This document shows, one piece after another, positions 47,771 to 56,487 of a stretch of DNA of 64,000 nucleotides. Source of the DNA: an uncultured Prevotellaceae bacterium (GTDB lineage: Bacteria; Bacteroidota; Bacteroidia; Bacteroidales; Muribaculaceae); contig CAMVKS010000004.1 in NCBI GenBank assembly GCA_947167995.1, forward strand, positions 5,604 through 69,603. Direction: 5' to 3'. Within the stretch, counting starts at the first letter, position 1. The number at the start of each line of letters is the position of its first letter. The notes under the pieces are model-generated. The model had not been told where the DNA came from. It searched no databases and was given only the letters and a program-made list of their open reading frames with translations. A program made the position numbers and the translations under genes.

Positions 47771-48580
47771 TCATTTCACCGTAAGGGCAATAACCAACGA
47801 AGCAATTACCGATGCTGCACTCACCACCGTGGAAATGACTGTGAGCTTGTAGGCGTTGTTTTGATTGTATTTAGAATTGTCGATGCGGATTTGGTTAGGC
47901 TCCACATATACCACATCGTTCTGCTGGAGGTAGAAGTAGGGCGAAGCAAAAACACTGCTGCTGGAAAGGTCTAAGCGATTGTAAGTCTTCTTGCCGTCTT
48001 CCTCGCGGATGACAAGGATATTGCTGCGCTCGCCATACTCGGTGAGGTCGCCAGCAGCACTTATTGCGTCGAGCAGAGTGAAACGCTGGCCGCTCACATG
48101 AACACGATGAGGTTCTTTAACCTCGCCCAGCACGTTGACATAAAAGCCCAGGAGCTCTACTCTCACAAAGGGGTCTTTTACCGTTTGGCTCACACGAGTG
48201 GCAATCATCTGCTCTATCTCACGAGTTGTCTTTCCTGCCACGTTTATCTTTCCTATCACTGGCATTACAATGTCGCCATCCTTGTTGACGATATAGGACT
48301 GCAGGCGAGGGCTGCTCTGTGTCACCACCTCGTCACGACGTGCCACATTGGTCTGAAGCTGATTGAACATTGCCGTGGCCTCGGGGACCGACGAAGACAC
48401 TACTATCGAGAGCTCGTCTTCGGGAACGATTTTGATTTCAAAATCACCGCCTTGAGGCATCACGCCGCTCGTGCTGTCGCCCAGGTTACGGAAGTAGGAA
48501 AGCGTGTTCTCGGTCGCTGTCTTGCATCCGGTCAAGAGAAGCAAAGTCAATGCAAGTATGGTTAAGTTTTTAATGTTCAT
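47771..48580 (-). CDS. wza: Polysaccharide export outer-membrane lipoprotein
   Basis: Lipobox LTGC, IVPEDELSI, GEVKEP, TLLDAISAAGDL, YFYLQQNDVVYV. Confidence 0.9.
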   Translation of the reverse strand: MNIKNLTILALTLLLLTGCKTATENTLSYFRNLGDSTSGVMPQGGDFEIKIVPEDELSIVVSSSVPEATAMFNQLQTNVARRDEVVTQSSPRLQSYIVNKDGDIVMPVIGKINVAGKTTREIEQMIATRVSQTVKDPFVRVELLGFYVNVLGEVKEPHRVHVSGQRFTLLDAISAAGDLTEYGERSNILVIREEDGKKTYNRLDLSSSSVFASPYFYLQQNDVVYVEPNQIRIDNSKYNQNNAYKLTVISTVVSAASVIASLVIALTVK

Positions 48581-48616
48581 GTTTAGTATTATATATATTA
48601 TTATATATTTTAACGT

Positions 48617-50068
48617 TTAGTTATGGGTTATATTGTTCTTACCTCCCATTTTTCGTTGTATTTTGCCTGCCATCTCCACTCTCACCTCTTGCGGTATCGA
48701 CATTATGGTGGCGGCACAGGCAGCAATCATGTAGATTGCAAGAAGCCACCAGGCTTCAATATAACAGAATACACACCACCCTATCAAAATCAACGCTATT
48801 GCCAGCAGGCTGCTGCTATAGAAGTGCAGTCGGAAATATCGCTTCATGTCGTTGAGACGATAAAGGAGCAGCACTAAATAAGTGACGATAGAAGTGGCTA
48901 TGGCTCCATACACACCCATATTCCTGACTAAAAAATAGTTGCACAGCACATTCACTATCGCGGCAAGGATTATGGCGGGAAGTGTGCGCGAAGTTTCCTT
49001 GGCACACTGGTAGCCCATATCAAAGAACGCCGACAGAGCGAATATAACCGACGACACTCCCATGGGATAAAGATAGTTGACACTCTCCTGATAGTTGGCA
49101 TCAACAATGACGGGATATAAAATCTTAAGCGTGAAAGTGTAGGCAGTGAGCAGGATGGCAAGGATTCCAATGTAGGAGTTAAACATCTTGGAGAAGAACT
49201 TATCACGGTCGGGGCTGTTATACTGCAGGATTGCCGTCTCTTGCCACGCTTGATAAAAGATAGTGGAAAGTGTCAGGATTATGCCGTTGAAACGGAATGC
49301 CACGGCATAGACACCGTTGGCATCAAGCCCAACAAAGTGGTTGATAAACCAGCGGTCGCTGCTGCCAGTGAGCCACCAGCACAGCGAGCCAGGCAGCAGT
49401 GGCAATGAATACTTGAGGATGTCGCGCCCCACCTGCCCAATCTTGATATCAAGCTTGAAGTAAGTTGCAATGATGTGAAGTCTCAACTCAAGGTAGACAA
49501 GAGCGGCAACTCGCGCCAAAATGTTGGCAAGAAAGATGCCCTTGATTCCCAAACCGCAAAATGCCACCAGAATAATGCTGAACAATCCTATTGCAAAGGA
49601 CGAGATTATTCCTGCCACCACAAAGTCCTTGTTGTTGCCAAGTCCTCGTGCCACCTGAGTAATGACTTCGTAAAACGACATTACAATGAGCAGCAAGAAA
49701 CAATACCACACATAGCCAATGCTCGTGAACACCGCAAGCATTGCCGTAACAACAAGCGTGATGCACAGGCTGGTGAGCAGTGTACGATAGATAAAGGTAA
49801 TAATTCTCGTGCGGTTACTGCTGTCATGTGTCTCAAGCAGAAACCTGAACACTCCATCGCGCAGCTGCAGGGTGGTAAACGGCAATATCAGGAAAATCAC
49901 CGTAAGACACAGGTCGTAGTAGCCGAAGTCACTTTTCTCCGACACGAAGAACGTGTAGAGCGGAACCATCGCAAATGTGATGATCTTTGATCCAAGATTT
50001 CCGATGGCATAGATGCCCAAATCGTTCAAGAACTTTGACGATCGCTTTTGTGTTCTTTCTTCAGCCAA
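48617..50068 (-). CDS. wzx: Oligosaccharide flippase
   Basis: 12+ TM polysaccharide-biosynthesis transporter pattern (DFGYYDL, SSDRWFI...GLDANGVYAVA); TTG start. Confidence 0.82.
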   Translation of the reverse strand: MAEERTQKRSSKFLNDLGIYAIGNLGSKIITFAMVPLYTFFVSEKSDFGYYDLCLTVIFLILPFTTLQLRDGVFRFLLETHDSSNRTRIITFIYRTLLTSLCITLVVTAMLAVFTSIGYVWYCFLLLIVMSFYEVITQVARGLGNNKDFVVAGIISSFAIGLFSIILVAFCGLGIKGIFLANILARVAALVYLELRLHIIATYFKLDIKIGQVGRDILKYSLPLLPGSLCWWLTGSSDRWFINHFVGLDANGVYAVAFRFNGIILTLSTIFYQAWQETAILQYNSPDRDKFFSKMFNSYIGILAILLTAYTFTLKILYPVIVDANYQESVNYLYPMGVSSVIFALSAFFDMGYQCAKETSRTLPAIILAAIVNVLCNYFLVRNMGVYGAIATSIVTYLVLLLYRLNDMKRYFRLHFYSSSLLAIALILIGWCVFCYIEAWWLLAIYMIAACAATIMSIPQEVRVEMAGKIQRKMGGKNNITHN

Positions 50069-50094
50069 TTTCCCCCTCTTTTTATAAAGCGGTG

Positions 50095-50102
50095 CAAAGA
50101 TA
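50095..50102 (-). promoter_or_regulatory. Bacteroidota -7 box for the polysaccharide operon
   Basis: TATCTTTG on the - strand 27 nt upstream of the wzx start. Confidence 0.65.
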
Positions 50103-50136
50103 CACAGTTTTTTTCATTTTCACAGTCGTAAACGTG

Positions 50137-50185
50137 AAAAAAGGACACATGAGAATGTTGAATGCCTTTAGATTCAACATTCTCA
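50137..50185 (-). terminator. Terminator of the M28/glutaminyl cyclase gene
   Basis: Perfect 14-bp stem TGAGAATGTTGAAT / ATTCAACATTCTCA (50150-50163/50172-50185) with an A6 tract on +. Confidence 0.75.
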
Positions 50186-50212
50186 CACATCCTCCATTTT
50201 GAGATTCAGGAC

Positions 50213-51193
50213 TTAATAGCTGTACACAACATTGGCAACGGTCTGCCCCACTGCTTTGAGCACATCCTTGTCAATCCAGTGCATTGTATCGTCGGTAGTG
50301 TGCCAACCGGCAAAAAAGCCCGTCTCACCTTCACTGCGCAAGTCAATAATATCTATACACTTGATTCCCATTCGGTTAATCACAATATGGTCATCGGTCA
50401 CTGCGCCGCCAATGTCGCTGCTGAAGTAGGAGCCGAATCCACTATCTTGAGCCACACTCCACACCTCGTTGACAACACTGGCAGCATACTGCATAGACAT
50501 CACTTCCTTGCTGAATTGAGCACCATGAGCACCAACCATGTCGAGCAGGATACCAAATTGTGCCGAGTAGCCTGCCACATGCGGATTCTTGGCCCAATAT
50601 TGAGTTCCCAAAGCCCATGAGTCCTCGTTGTCGTCTTCTCCCCAGTCCTCGGCGTCAACAAGCAAGATGTCAACCCCTGCACTGGGCCTCTTGGCATTCA
50701 TCTGCCTGGCCAGCTCAAGCAGCACAGCCACTCCGCTGGCTGCATCGTTGGCTCCCATCACAGGCTCTTTGTGCTTGGCGGGGTCGGGGTCATTGTCGGC
50801 CCAGGGACGGCAGTCCCAGTGAGCCAGCAGCAATATTCTACTTGAGGCTTCGGGATTGAAAATACCCACAAAATTCTTGATATTCAGTTTTTTGTTGTCA
50901 AAAGTAGTGACCACTCCCTCTTGCACTATGGTGCTGTCGCACCACATCTTCAGTCTCTGCTCCAGCCAGGCTGCACAGTTGCTGTGAGCTGGCGTGCCTG
51001 GTACTCGTGGACCAAATTCGCACTGAGCCATTACCAAGTTAAGGGCCGAAAGACCATCAAAGGTCACCACCTGCTTCACAGTGGCCTCGTCTTTGGCTTC
51101 GGTACTCGAACTTGTAGACTGCTGCGGCTTGCAACTGGCGCAACCAACCATCACACCAGCTATCAAGAGCAATAAAAATTTAGAAAAACTCAT
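50213..51193 (-). CDS. M28-family lipoprotein, probable glutaminyl cyclase
   Basis: Lipoprotein signal; LAHWD, GANDAASG, DAED, LLDMVG, DDH, WHT zinc-site motifs. Confidence 0.82.
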   Translation of the reverse strand: MSFSKFLLLLIAGVMVGCASCKPQQSTSSSTEAKDEATVKQVVTFDGLSALNLVMAQCEFGPRVPGTPAHSNCAAWLEQRLKMWCDSTIVQEGVVTTFDNKKLNIKNFVGIFNPEASSRILLLAHWDCRPWADNDPDPAKHKEPVMGANDAASGVAVLLELARQMNAKRPSAGVDILLVDAEDWGEDDNEDSWALGTQYWAKNPHVAGYSAQFGILLDMVGAHGAQFSKEVMSMQYAASVVNEVWSVAQDSGFGSYFSSDIGGAVTDDHIVINRMGIKCIDIIDLRSEGETGFFAGWHTTDDTMHWIDKDVLKAVGQTVANVVYSY

Positions 51194-51213
51194 ATCAACA
51201 ATTATCTTAACTC

Positions 51214-52806
51214 TTACAACTTAAGGTCTTCTTCATTCTTGGGCTTGGGAGGATAGTCGACTGTATAGTGCAACCCTCTTGACTCCTTGCGTTCCTTGGC
51301 CTGACGCATGATGAGGTAGCCCACGTTGATGATGTTGCGAAGCTCGCAAATGCGGCGGCTCACCGTGCTCTCCTTAAAGAGTTTCTCGGTCTCCTGATAG
51401 AGGATATCGAGACGGTTCCAGGCACGGTTCAGGCGCAGATTGCTGCGCACGATGCCCACATAGGCACTCATTATCTCACCCACTTCTTTCTCGCTCTGGC
51501 TGATGAGCACCATCTCCTCGGGGTGTTGCGTGCCCTTGTCGTTCCAGGCGGGAATGTCGGTGCGGTAGTCGTAGTGGTTGCGGCAAGCCATAGCATGCTT
51601 GGCGGCAGCCTCGGCATAGACCACAGCCTCGATTAGAGAGTTGCTTGCCAAGCGGTTGCCACCGTGCAGACCAGTGCATGAGCACTCACCCACGGCATAG
51701 AGTCGCTCTATCGACGAGCAAGCATTAAGATCGACCTTGATGCCGCCACACAAGTAGTGGGCCGCTGGAGCCACGGGAATGTAATCCTTGGTGATGTCGA
51801 TTCCTAACTCAAGGCAGTGCTTATAGATGTTGGGGAAATGATGCTTGGTCTCCTCGGGGTCTTTATGTGTCACATCAAGGAAAACATGATCCTCACCGCG
51901 CTGCTTCATCTCGCTGTCGATGGCACGTGCCACCACGTCGCGAGGGGCAAGCGAGAGGCGCGGGTCATACTTGTGCATAAACTCCTCGCCGGCAAGGTTG
52001 CGAAGCACACCACCATAGCCGCGCATAGCCTCGGTTATGAGGAATGCAGGGCGGTCGCCGGGGTGATAGAGGGCGGTTGGGTGGAACTGGATGAACTCCA
52101 TGTCCTGCACTGTTCCCTTGGCACGATAGACCATGGCAATGCCGTCGCCCGTGGCGATGAGCGGATTGGTAGTGGTGTGATATACAGCTCCCACACCGCC
52201 TGTTGCCATGAGCGTGAGGCGCGAAAGGAAGGTGTCGACCTTTCCTGTGCCCTGATTAAGGACGTAGGCACCATAGCACTGAATGTCGGGGGTGCGACGT
52301 GTCACAATCCTTCCAAGGTGGTGCTGTGTGAGAATCTCGATAGCGAAATGATTGTCAAAGATATCGATGTTCTCATGGGCCTTTATTGCCTCGATCAGCG
52401 AGGATTGGATCTCGTGACCAGTGTTATCGGCATGGTGAAGTATGCGAAACTCGCTGTGTCCGCCCTCGCGGTGCAGATCAAAATCTCCTTTCTCGTCTTT
52501 GTCGAAATCCACACCCCAATTGATGAGAGCATTAATCTGCTCAGGGGCTTGGGTCACAACCTGTTCCACAGCCTTGGGGTCGCTGAGCCAGTCGCCAGCC
52601 ACCATGGTGTCGTGGATGTGTTTCTCAAAATTATCCACTTTGAGGTTGGTGACACTCGCCACACCACCTTGAGCCAGGTCGGTATTTGCCTCGTCAAGAG
52701 AGCTTTTGCACACTAATGCGACTTTTCCTGTCTCGGCAACTTTCAGGGCGAAACTCATGCCTGCGACACCCGACCCAATTACCAAATAGTCATATTTATA
52801 AGTCAT
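51214..52806 (-). CDS. nadB: L-aspartate oxidase
   Basis: VIGSGVAG, LAQGGVA, REGGHS, FIQFHPT, ITEAMRG, LAPRDVVAR, HYLCGG, GLHGGNRLASNSL. Confidence 0.98.
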   Translation of the reverse strand: MTYKYDYLVIGSGVAGMSFALKVAETGKVALVCKSSLDEANTDLAQGGVASVTNLKVDNFEKHIHDTMVAGDWLSDPKAVEQVVTQAPEQINALINWGVDFDKDEKGDFDLHREGGHSEFRILHHADNTGHEIQSSLIEAIKAHENIDIFDNHFAIEILTQHHLGRIVTRRTPDIQCYGAYVLNQGTGKVDTFLSRLTLMATGGVGAVYHTTTNPLIATGDGIAMVYRAKGTVQDMEFIQFHPTALYHPGDRPAFLITEAMRGYGGVLRNLAGEEFMHKYDPRLSLAPRDVVARAIDSEMKQRGEDHVFLDVTHKDPEETKHHFPNIYKHCLELGIDITKDYIPVAPAAHYLCGGIKVDLNACSSIERLYAVGECSCTGLHGGNRLASNSLIEAVVYAEAAAKHAMACRNHYDYRTDIPAWNDKGTQHPEEMVLISQSEKEVGEIMSAYVGIVRSNLRLNRAWNRLDILYQETEKLFKESTVSRRICELRNIINVGYLIMRQAKERKESRGLHYTVDYPPKPKNEEDLKL

Positions 52807-52811
52807 GCGTT

Positions 52812-52846
52812 TTGTTAAGTGTTAAATAGTAAGTTATAAATGTTAA
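52812..52846 (-). repeat. Five TTAACAC-type heptamers upstream of nadB (family A)
   Basis: - strand reads TTAACAT TTATAAC TTACTAT TTAACAC TTAACAA, then AACGC-ATG. Confidence 0.8.
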
Positions 52847-52962
52847 GCAAAGCCGCTGATGCGGATGGCTTCGGATATAATTTCAAACACCGAAGGTGCA
52901 ACTTTGTGAAATTATTATTGCTTTATGCTAAGTCTTGAAAAGTTGTAAATTATGAGTCATGA

Positions 52963-55542
52963 TCAAGGATTGGACCTGTTTTCAAAAGCCCGCTCTACGC
53001 GGCTTGCAGGTGATTCGGTACTCTTCTCTTCTGGCTTTTCGGCACCAGTGTTGTTGCTACCTGTATTACCATTGAGCCCATTGATGTCCTCGCTGGCAAT
53101 CTCTTGCATCGACTTGGTGGTTCCATCGGCCGAATTAGTGTAAGGCAGACTGTCGGAATATGGCTCATAGGGGTCATGCTGGATGGAGTCGACATTAGTG
53201 CTGGGACCAACGGTGTTGCTGCAAGCCATGATTACACGATCCAGCTCGGGTTTAGGTGTAAATTTTTTGCGATATTTAGCAAAGTCTTTGTCACCCATCA
53301 CCTTCTTCAAGAACAAACCCACAATGGGCAGTGCCGCCCGGCTACCCTGACCCTGTGCCGTTCGGAAATGAATCTGGCGATACTGACCACCAACCCATGC
53401 ACCACACACCAAGTTGGGAGTAATGGCAACAAACCAAGCGTCGGCATAGTTGTTGCTCGTGCCAGTTTTTCCGCCAATACCCACTCCGCTCACATATTGA
53501 TTCAGTGCTTGCCCCGTTCCTCCTGCATCGCTGCACACAGCCTCGAGCATGCGCCGCATGCTGTAGGCCTGTGACTCGTCTAAGGACCCTGATTGCGAAG
53601 GGTCTTTTATGTCTCTCTTGCTTTCAAATATAGGCTTTTCTTCACCCTTTTTTATAATCTTAGTCACAAGTACTGGAGTCTTGGGCTGACCTTCGTTGAC
53701 CACTGTTCCATAGCTGTTTACCAGTTCGAGCAGGTTCACATCGCTCGCTCCCAAGCACAGCGACGGCGTCTCTTTGAGATCTGATTTAATGCCCATGGCA
53801 TGTGCTGTCTGTGCCACGCTCTTGACACCCACTCTTTCATCATTGCCCACTTTCACGGCAATGATATTGTTGCTTCGAGCAAAGGCGGCACGCATTGTCA
53901 TGTTCTCATAAGAGAATCGCCCACTTGCATTCTTGGGTTCCCACAGCTTGGACTCACCCGTCTTTGCATCGTTATCCATTAGCGGAGTGGTCAGTGGCGA
54001 ATCCTCAAACTGCTGACACACCTGTAACCCTTTCTTGAGGGCTGCGCTATAAACAAAGAGCTTGAACGTGCTGCCTGGCTGGTGAGCGGCTCTCACGTTG
54101 TCATATTGCCAAGTGTCGTAATCCACATCACCCACCCAGGCTTTCACCTCGCCAGTGTGGGGTTCCATGGCGATGAAGCCACAGTGCATCATGTGAAGCA
54201 TGTATTTTATTGAGTCAACCGAGCTAATCGTCATTTCACGATAGTGCTTCTTGTTGTAATCAAAGAGCTTGACACGATGCTTCTGGTTCATGTGGTATTC
54301 TACCGAGTCGATATTCTCATCAAATTTCACCATGAGTTGCCTGTACACTACGCTGCGCTCAATCTTGTCGGTAAGGAAACCAGGTATCTCGGCTCCCTTT
54401 TCATCCACCCAGCAAGGCTTGTCGCCCCACTCGCGGTCGAAGTTCTGCTGAACAACACTCATATGCTGCCACACCGCTTGTTCGGCATAATGCTGCATGC
54501 GTGAATCAATCGTTGTGTGTATCTCCAAGCCATCGCGGTAAAAGTCCACATCGTTATCCTCGCACCACTCGCGCATTTCCTTGACAATGGCATTGAGGAA
54601 ATAGGGGCACTCGTCGTTTTGATCGGTTTCGGGGGTGTATTTCAAACCAAGCCTGCGCTTCGACATCCGGTCATATTGCTTTTGGGTGATGTCGCCATGA
54701 ACCAACGCATTGTTGAGAACGGTGTTGCGACGCTCCAAGCAACGCTTTGCGTTCTTGAGGGGGTTATAAAGCGATGTGCCCTTGAGAATACCAACAAGCA
54801 TGGCACTCTGCTCGGTCTTGAGCTTGGCCGGAGTGGTGTTGAAATAGGTTTTGGCGGCTGTCTTGATGCCATAGGCCTGATTACCAAAATCCACAGTGTT
54901 GGCATACATTTCGAGAATTCTCTCTTTATCGTAGAAGGCCTCGATTTCGCTTGCTAAAATCCATTCCTTGACCTTCATAATCACCATCTTAACACCAGGA
55001 ATATAGCACAAGAGTCCTCCGGTATATTCGCGAGTGCGCATCTTGAACATGTTCTTCACAAGTTGCTGGGTGATAGTCGACGCACCGCGCGCGCGGCGAT
55101 GAACGACAAAGTCCTTGGCTGCTCCCGCCATGCCGTGGAAGTCTATTCCCCAGTGCCTGTAGAAGCGCTCATCCTCGGTATCGATAAGCAGCTTGAAGAA
55201 CATGCTGTCAACCTCCTCATATTTCACCGGCGTGCGGTTTTCCTTAAAGAGCTTGCCAATGAGCTTGCCGTCGCTGCTGTAGACATAGGAGGCATTATAA
55301 GGGCGTGGCTCCATAATCTCAAAAATCGTAGGCGACTTGCCAAAGAGCCACAGGAAATTCAAGTTCACTGCCACAAGAAAGAGAATGATCGTGACAAAAA
55401 GTGTGCACATGGCATAAAAGGCCTTGGTGTACCAGGGCTTGCCTGCATATAACCGCTTGTACCAAGCATTGAAGCGCTTGTAGCGCTCTCTCAAAGCATG
55501 GTAGGCGTCACCTATTTTTTGACCGATTTTCTTTAATGACAT
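52963..55542 (-). CDS. Class A penicillin-binding protein (PBP1A-type transglycosylase/transpeptidase)
   Basis: TEDERFYRHWG, GASTITQQLVKN; STFK, SNN and KTG transpeptidase motifs. Confidence 0.96.
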   Translation of the reverse strand: MSLKKIGQKIGDAYHALRERYKRFNAWYKRLYAGKPWYTKAFYAMCTLFVTIILFLVAVNLNFLWLFGKSPTIFEIMEPRPYNASYVYSSDGKLIGKLFKENRTPVKYEEVDSMFFKLLIDTEDERFYRHWGIDFHGMAGAAKDFVVHRRARGASTITQQLVKNMFKMRTREYTGGLLCYIPGVKMVIMKVKEWILASEIEAFYDKERILEMYANTVDFGNQAYGIKTAAKTYFNTTPAKLKTEQSAMLVGILKGTSLYNPLKNAKRCLERRNTVLNNALVHGDITQKQYDRMSKRRLGLKYTPETDQNDECPYFLNAIVKEMREWCEDNDVDFYRDGLEIHTTIDSRMQHYAEQAVWQHMSVVQQNFDREWGDKPCWVDEKGAEIPGFLTDKIERSVVYRQLMVKFDENIDSVEYHMNQKHRVKLFDYNKKHYREMTISSVDSIKYMLHMMHCGFIAMEPHTGEVKAWVGDVDYDTWQYDNVRAAHQPGSTFKLFVYSAALKKGLQVCQQFEDSPLTTPLMDNDAKTGESKLWEPKNASGRFSYENMTMRAAFARSNNIIAVKVGNDERVGVKSVAQTAHAMGIKSDLKETPSLCLGASDVNLLELVNSYGTVVNEGQPKTPVLVTKIIKKGEEKPIFESKRDIKDPSQSGSLDESQAYSMRRMLEAVCSDAGGTGQALNQYVSGVGIGGKTGTSNNYADAWFVAITPNLVCGAWVGGQYRQIHFRTAQGQGSRAALPIVGLFLKKVMGDKDFAKYRKKFTPKPELDRVIMACSNTVGPSTNVDSIQHDPYEPYSDSLPYTNSADGTTKSMQEIASEDINGLNGNTGSNNTGAEKPEEKSTESPASRVERAFENRSNP

Positions 55543-55568
55543 TGTTGATTTATTTTGATACTAAAGTG

Positions 55569-55576
55569 CAAAATTA
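55569..55576 (-). promoter_or_regulatory. Bacteroidota -7 box for the PBP gene
   Basis: TAATTTTG on the - strand 27 nt upstream of the ATG. Confidence 0.6.
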
Positions 55577-55657
55577 ATAATTTGCTTAAAACTATAGCTC
55601 AAAAAACACTTAAAAAAGACTACAGCACCATAATTTTGTGCAACTTCGGCAAGAATC

Positions 55658-55753
55658 TCAAGGCATCACGCCTGTTCCATCGCAGTCACTGCAGCCCTTG
55701 CACGAATGGCACATTCCATCTTTTTCACTCTTGATGCACACTGTTTCGCCCAT
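55658..55753 (-). CDS. Small Cys-rich ORF not in the track: MGETVCIKSEKDGMCHSCKGCSDCDGTGVMP (31 aa)
   Basis: Manually translated; ATG to TGA, starts 13 nt after the protease stop in the same orientation; five Cys including CxxCxxCxxC. Confidence 0.5.
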   Translation of the reverse strand: MGETVCIKSEKDGMCHSCKGCSDCDGTGVMP

Positions 55754-55766
55754 ATCTGATACTCTC

Positions 55767-56369
55767 TTATTTAGGCATGAACCGCTTGATATAGCTGGTT
55801 TTGAACGCCCAGCACGTGTTCAACTCCATCTGTCGGGGAAGGGGAGCTAAATTCTTGGCATCCACATCGGTGCGACCCATGGTAATCATGCCATAAACCT
55901 TGCCGTCGCCGTCGAAGACGGGACAGCCGCTGCAACCGTGTGTGATGTGGTCTACAGCAGCAATGCGCACATGACCCGCCAAGTCTCGCTCTTTGATGAC
56001 AAGTCCCTGTGTCGCCACTTGTTGCAAGCCACCTGGCTTGAGCTGCCAGCACAAGATGTGGAGATGATCGTTGGCGAGAGGCTCGCTGTCGGCAAGCGAG
56101 AGTGGGCTTTTCAAGCCTGGCACCGGATAGAAGGCGACGTCATAGCCCGTGCGGTCGTCGGCAGGAAGCACCTTGGGAATCCATTTACCAAAGTCAAGTT
56201 CATGGAAGTCATTGCCATTGCGCACAAAATTTATTGCCGACGAGTCAATGACATGGCCCGCGGTAACTAAATAGTTGTCTATGCAGAATGCCGTGCCGGC
56301 AAATGAGCGAACGCTGCCTATCTGCCTGAAAACAGGCATTACATAAAGGTTGAATGAATTATCGTCCAT
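55767..56369 (-). CDS. Trypsin-like serine peptidase domain protein without signal peptide
   Basis: TAGH, YDVA and GCSG catalytic triad motifs; start moved to MDDNSF. Confidence 0.82.
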   Translation of the reverse strand: MDDNSFNLYVMPVFRQIGSVRSFAGTAFCIDNYLVTAGHVIDSSAINFVRNGNDFHELDFGKWIPKVLPADDRTGYDVAFYPVPGLKSPLSLADSEPLANDHLHILCWQLKPGGLQQVATQGLVIKERDLAGHVRIAAVDHITHGCSGCPVFDGDGKVYGMITMGRTDVDAKNLAPLPRQMELNTCWAFKTSYIKRFMPK

Positions 56370-56422
56370 TGAATTTGCAATTTCTGGTCTAACACTGCAA
56401 ATTGTGTGCCAAAAGCCGCGGG

Positions 56423-56480
56423 GCTGAATGCTGAATGCACAATGCACAATTCTCTCCCCTCTCTCCTCTCTCCCCTCTTC
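56423..56480. repeat. Heptamer tandem plus pyrimidine tract (family B, copy 2, inverted)
   Basis: GCTGAAT GCTGAAT GCACAAT GCACAAT then TCTCTCCCCTCTCTCCTCTCTCCCCTCTTC. Confidence 0.7.
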
Positions 56481-56487
56481 ACAAGAA

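Noticed and set aside
37845-50213. Invertible (phase-variable) promoter for the polysaccharide locus
   Set aside because: No inverted-repeat pair flanks the -7 boxes and no recombinase is nearby; the 14-bp inverted repeat at 50150-50185 has an 8-nt loop and fits a terminator.
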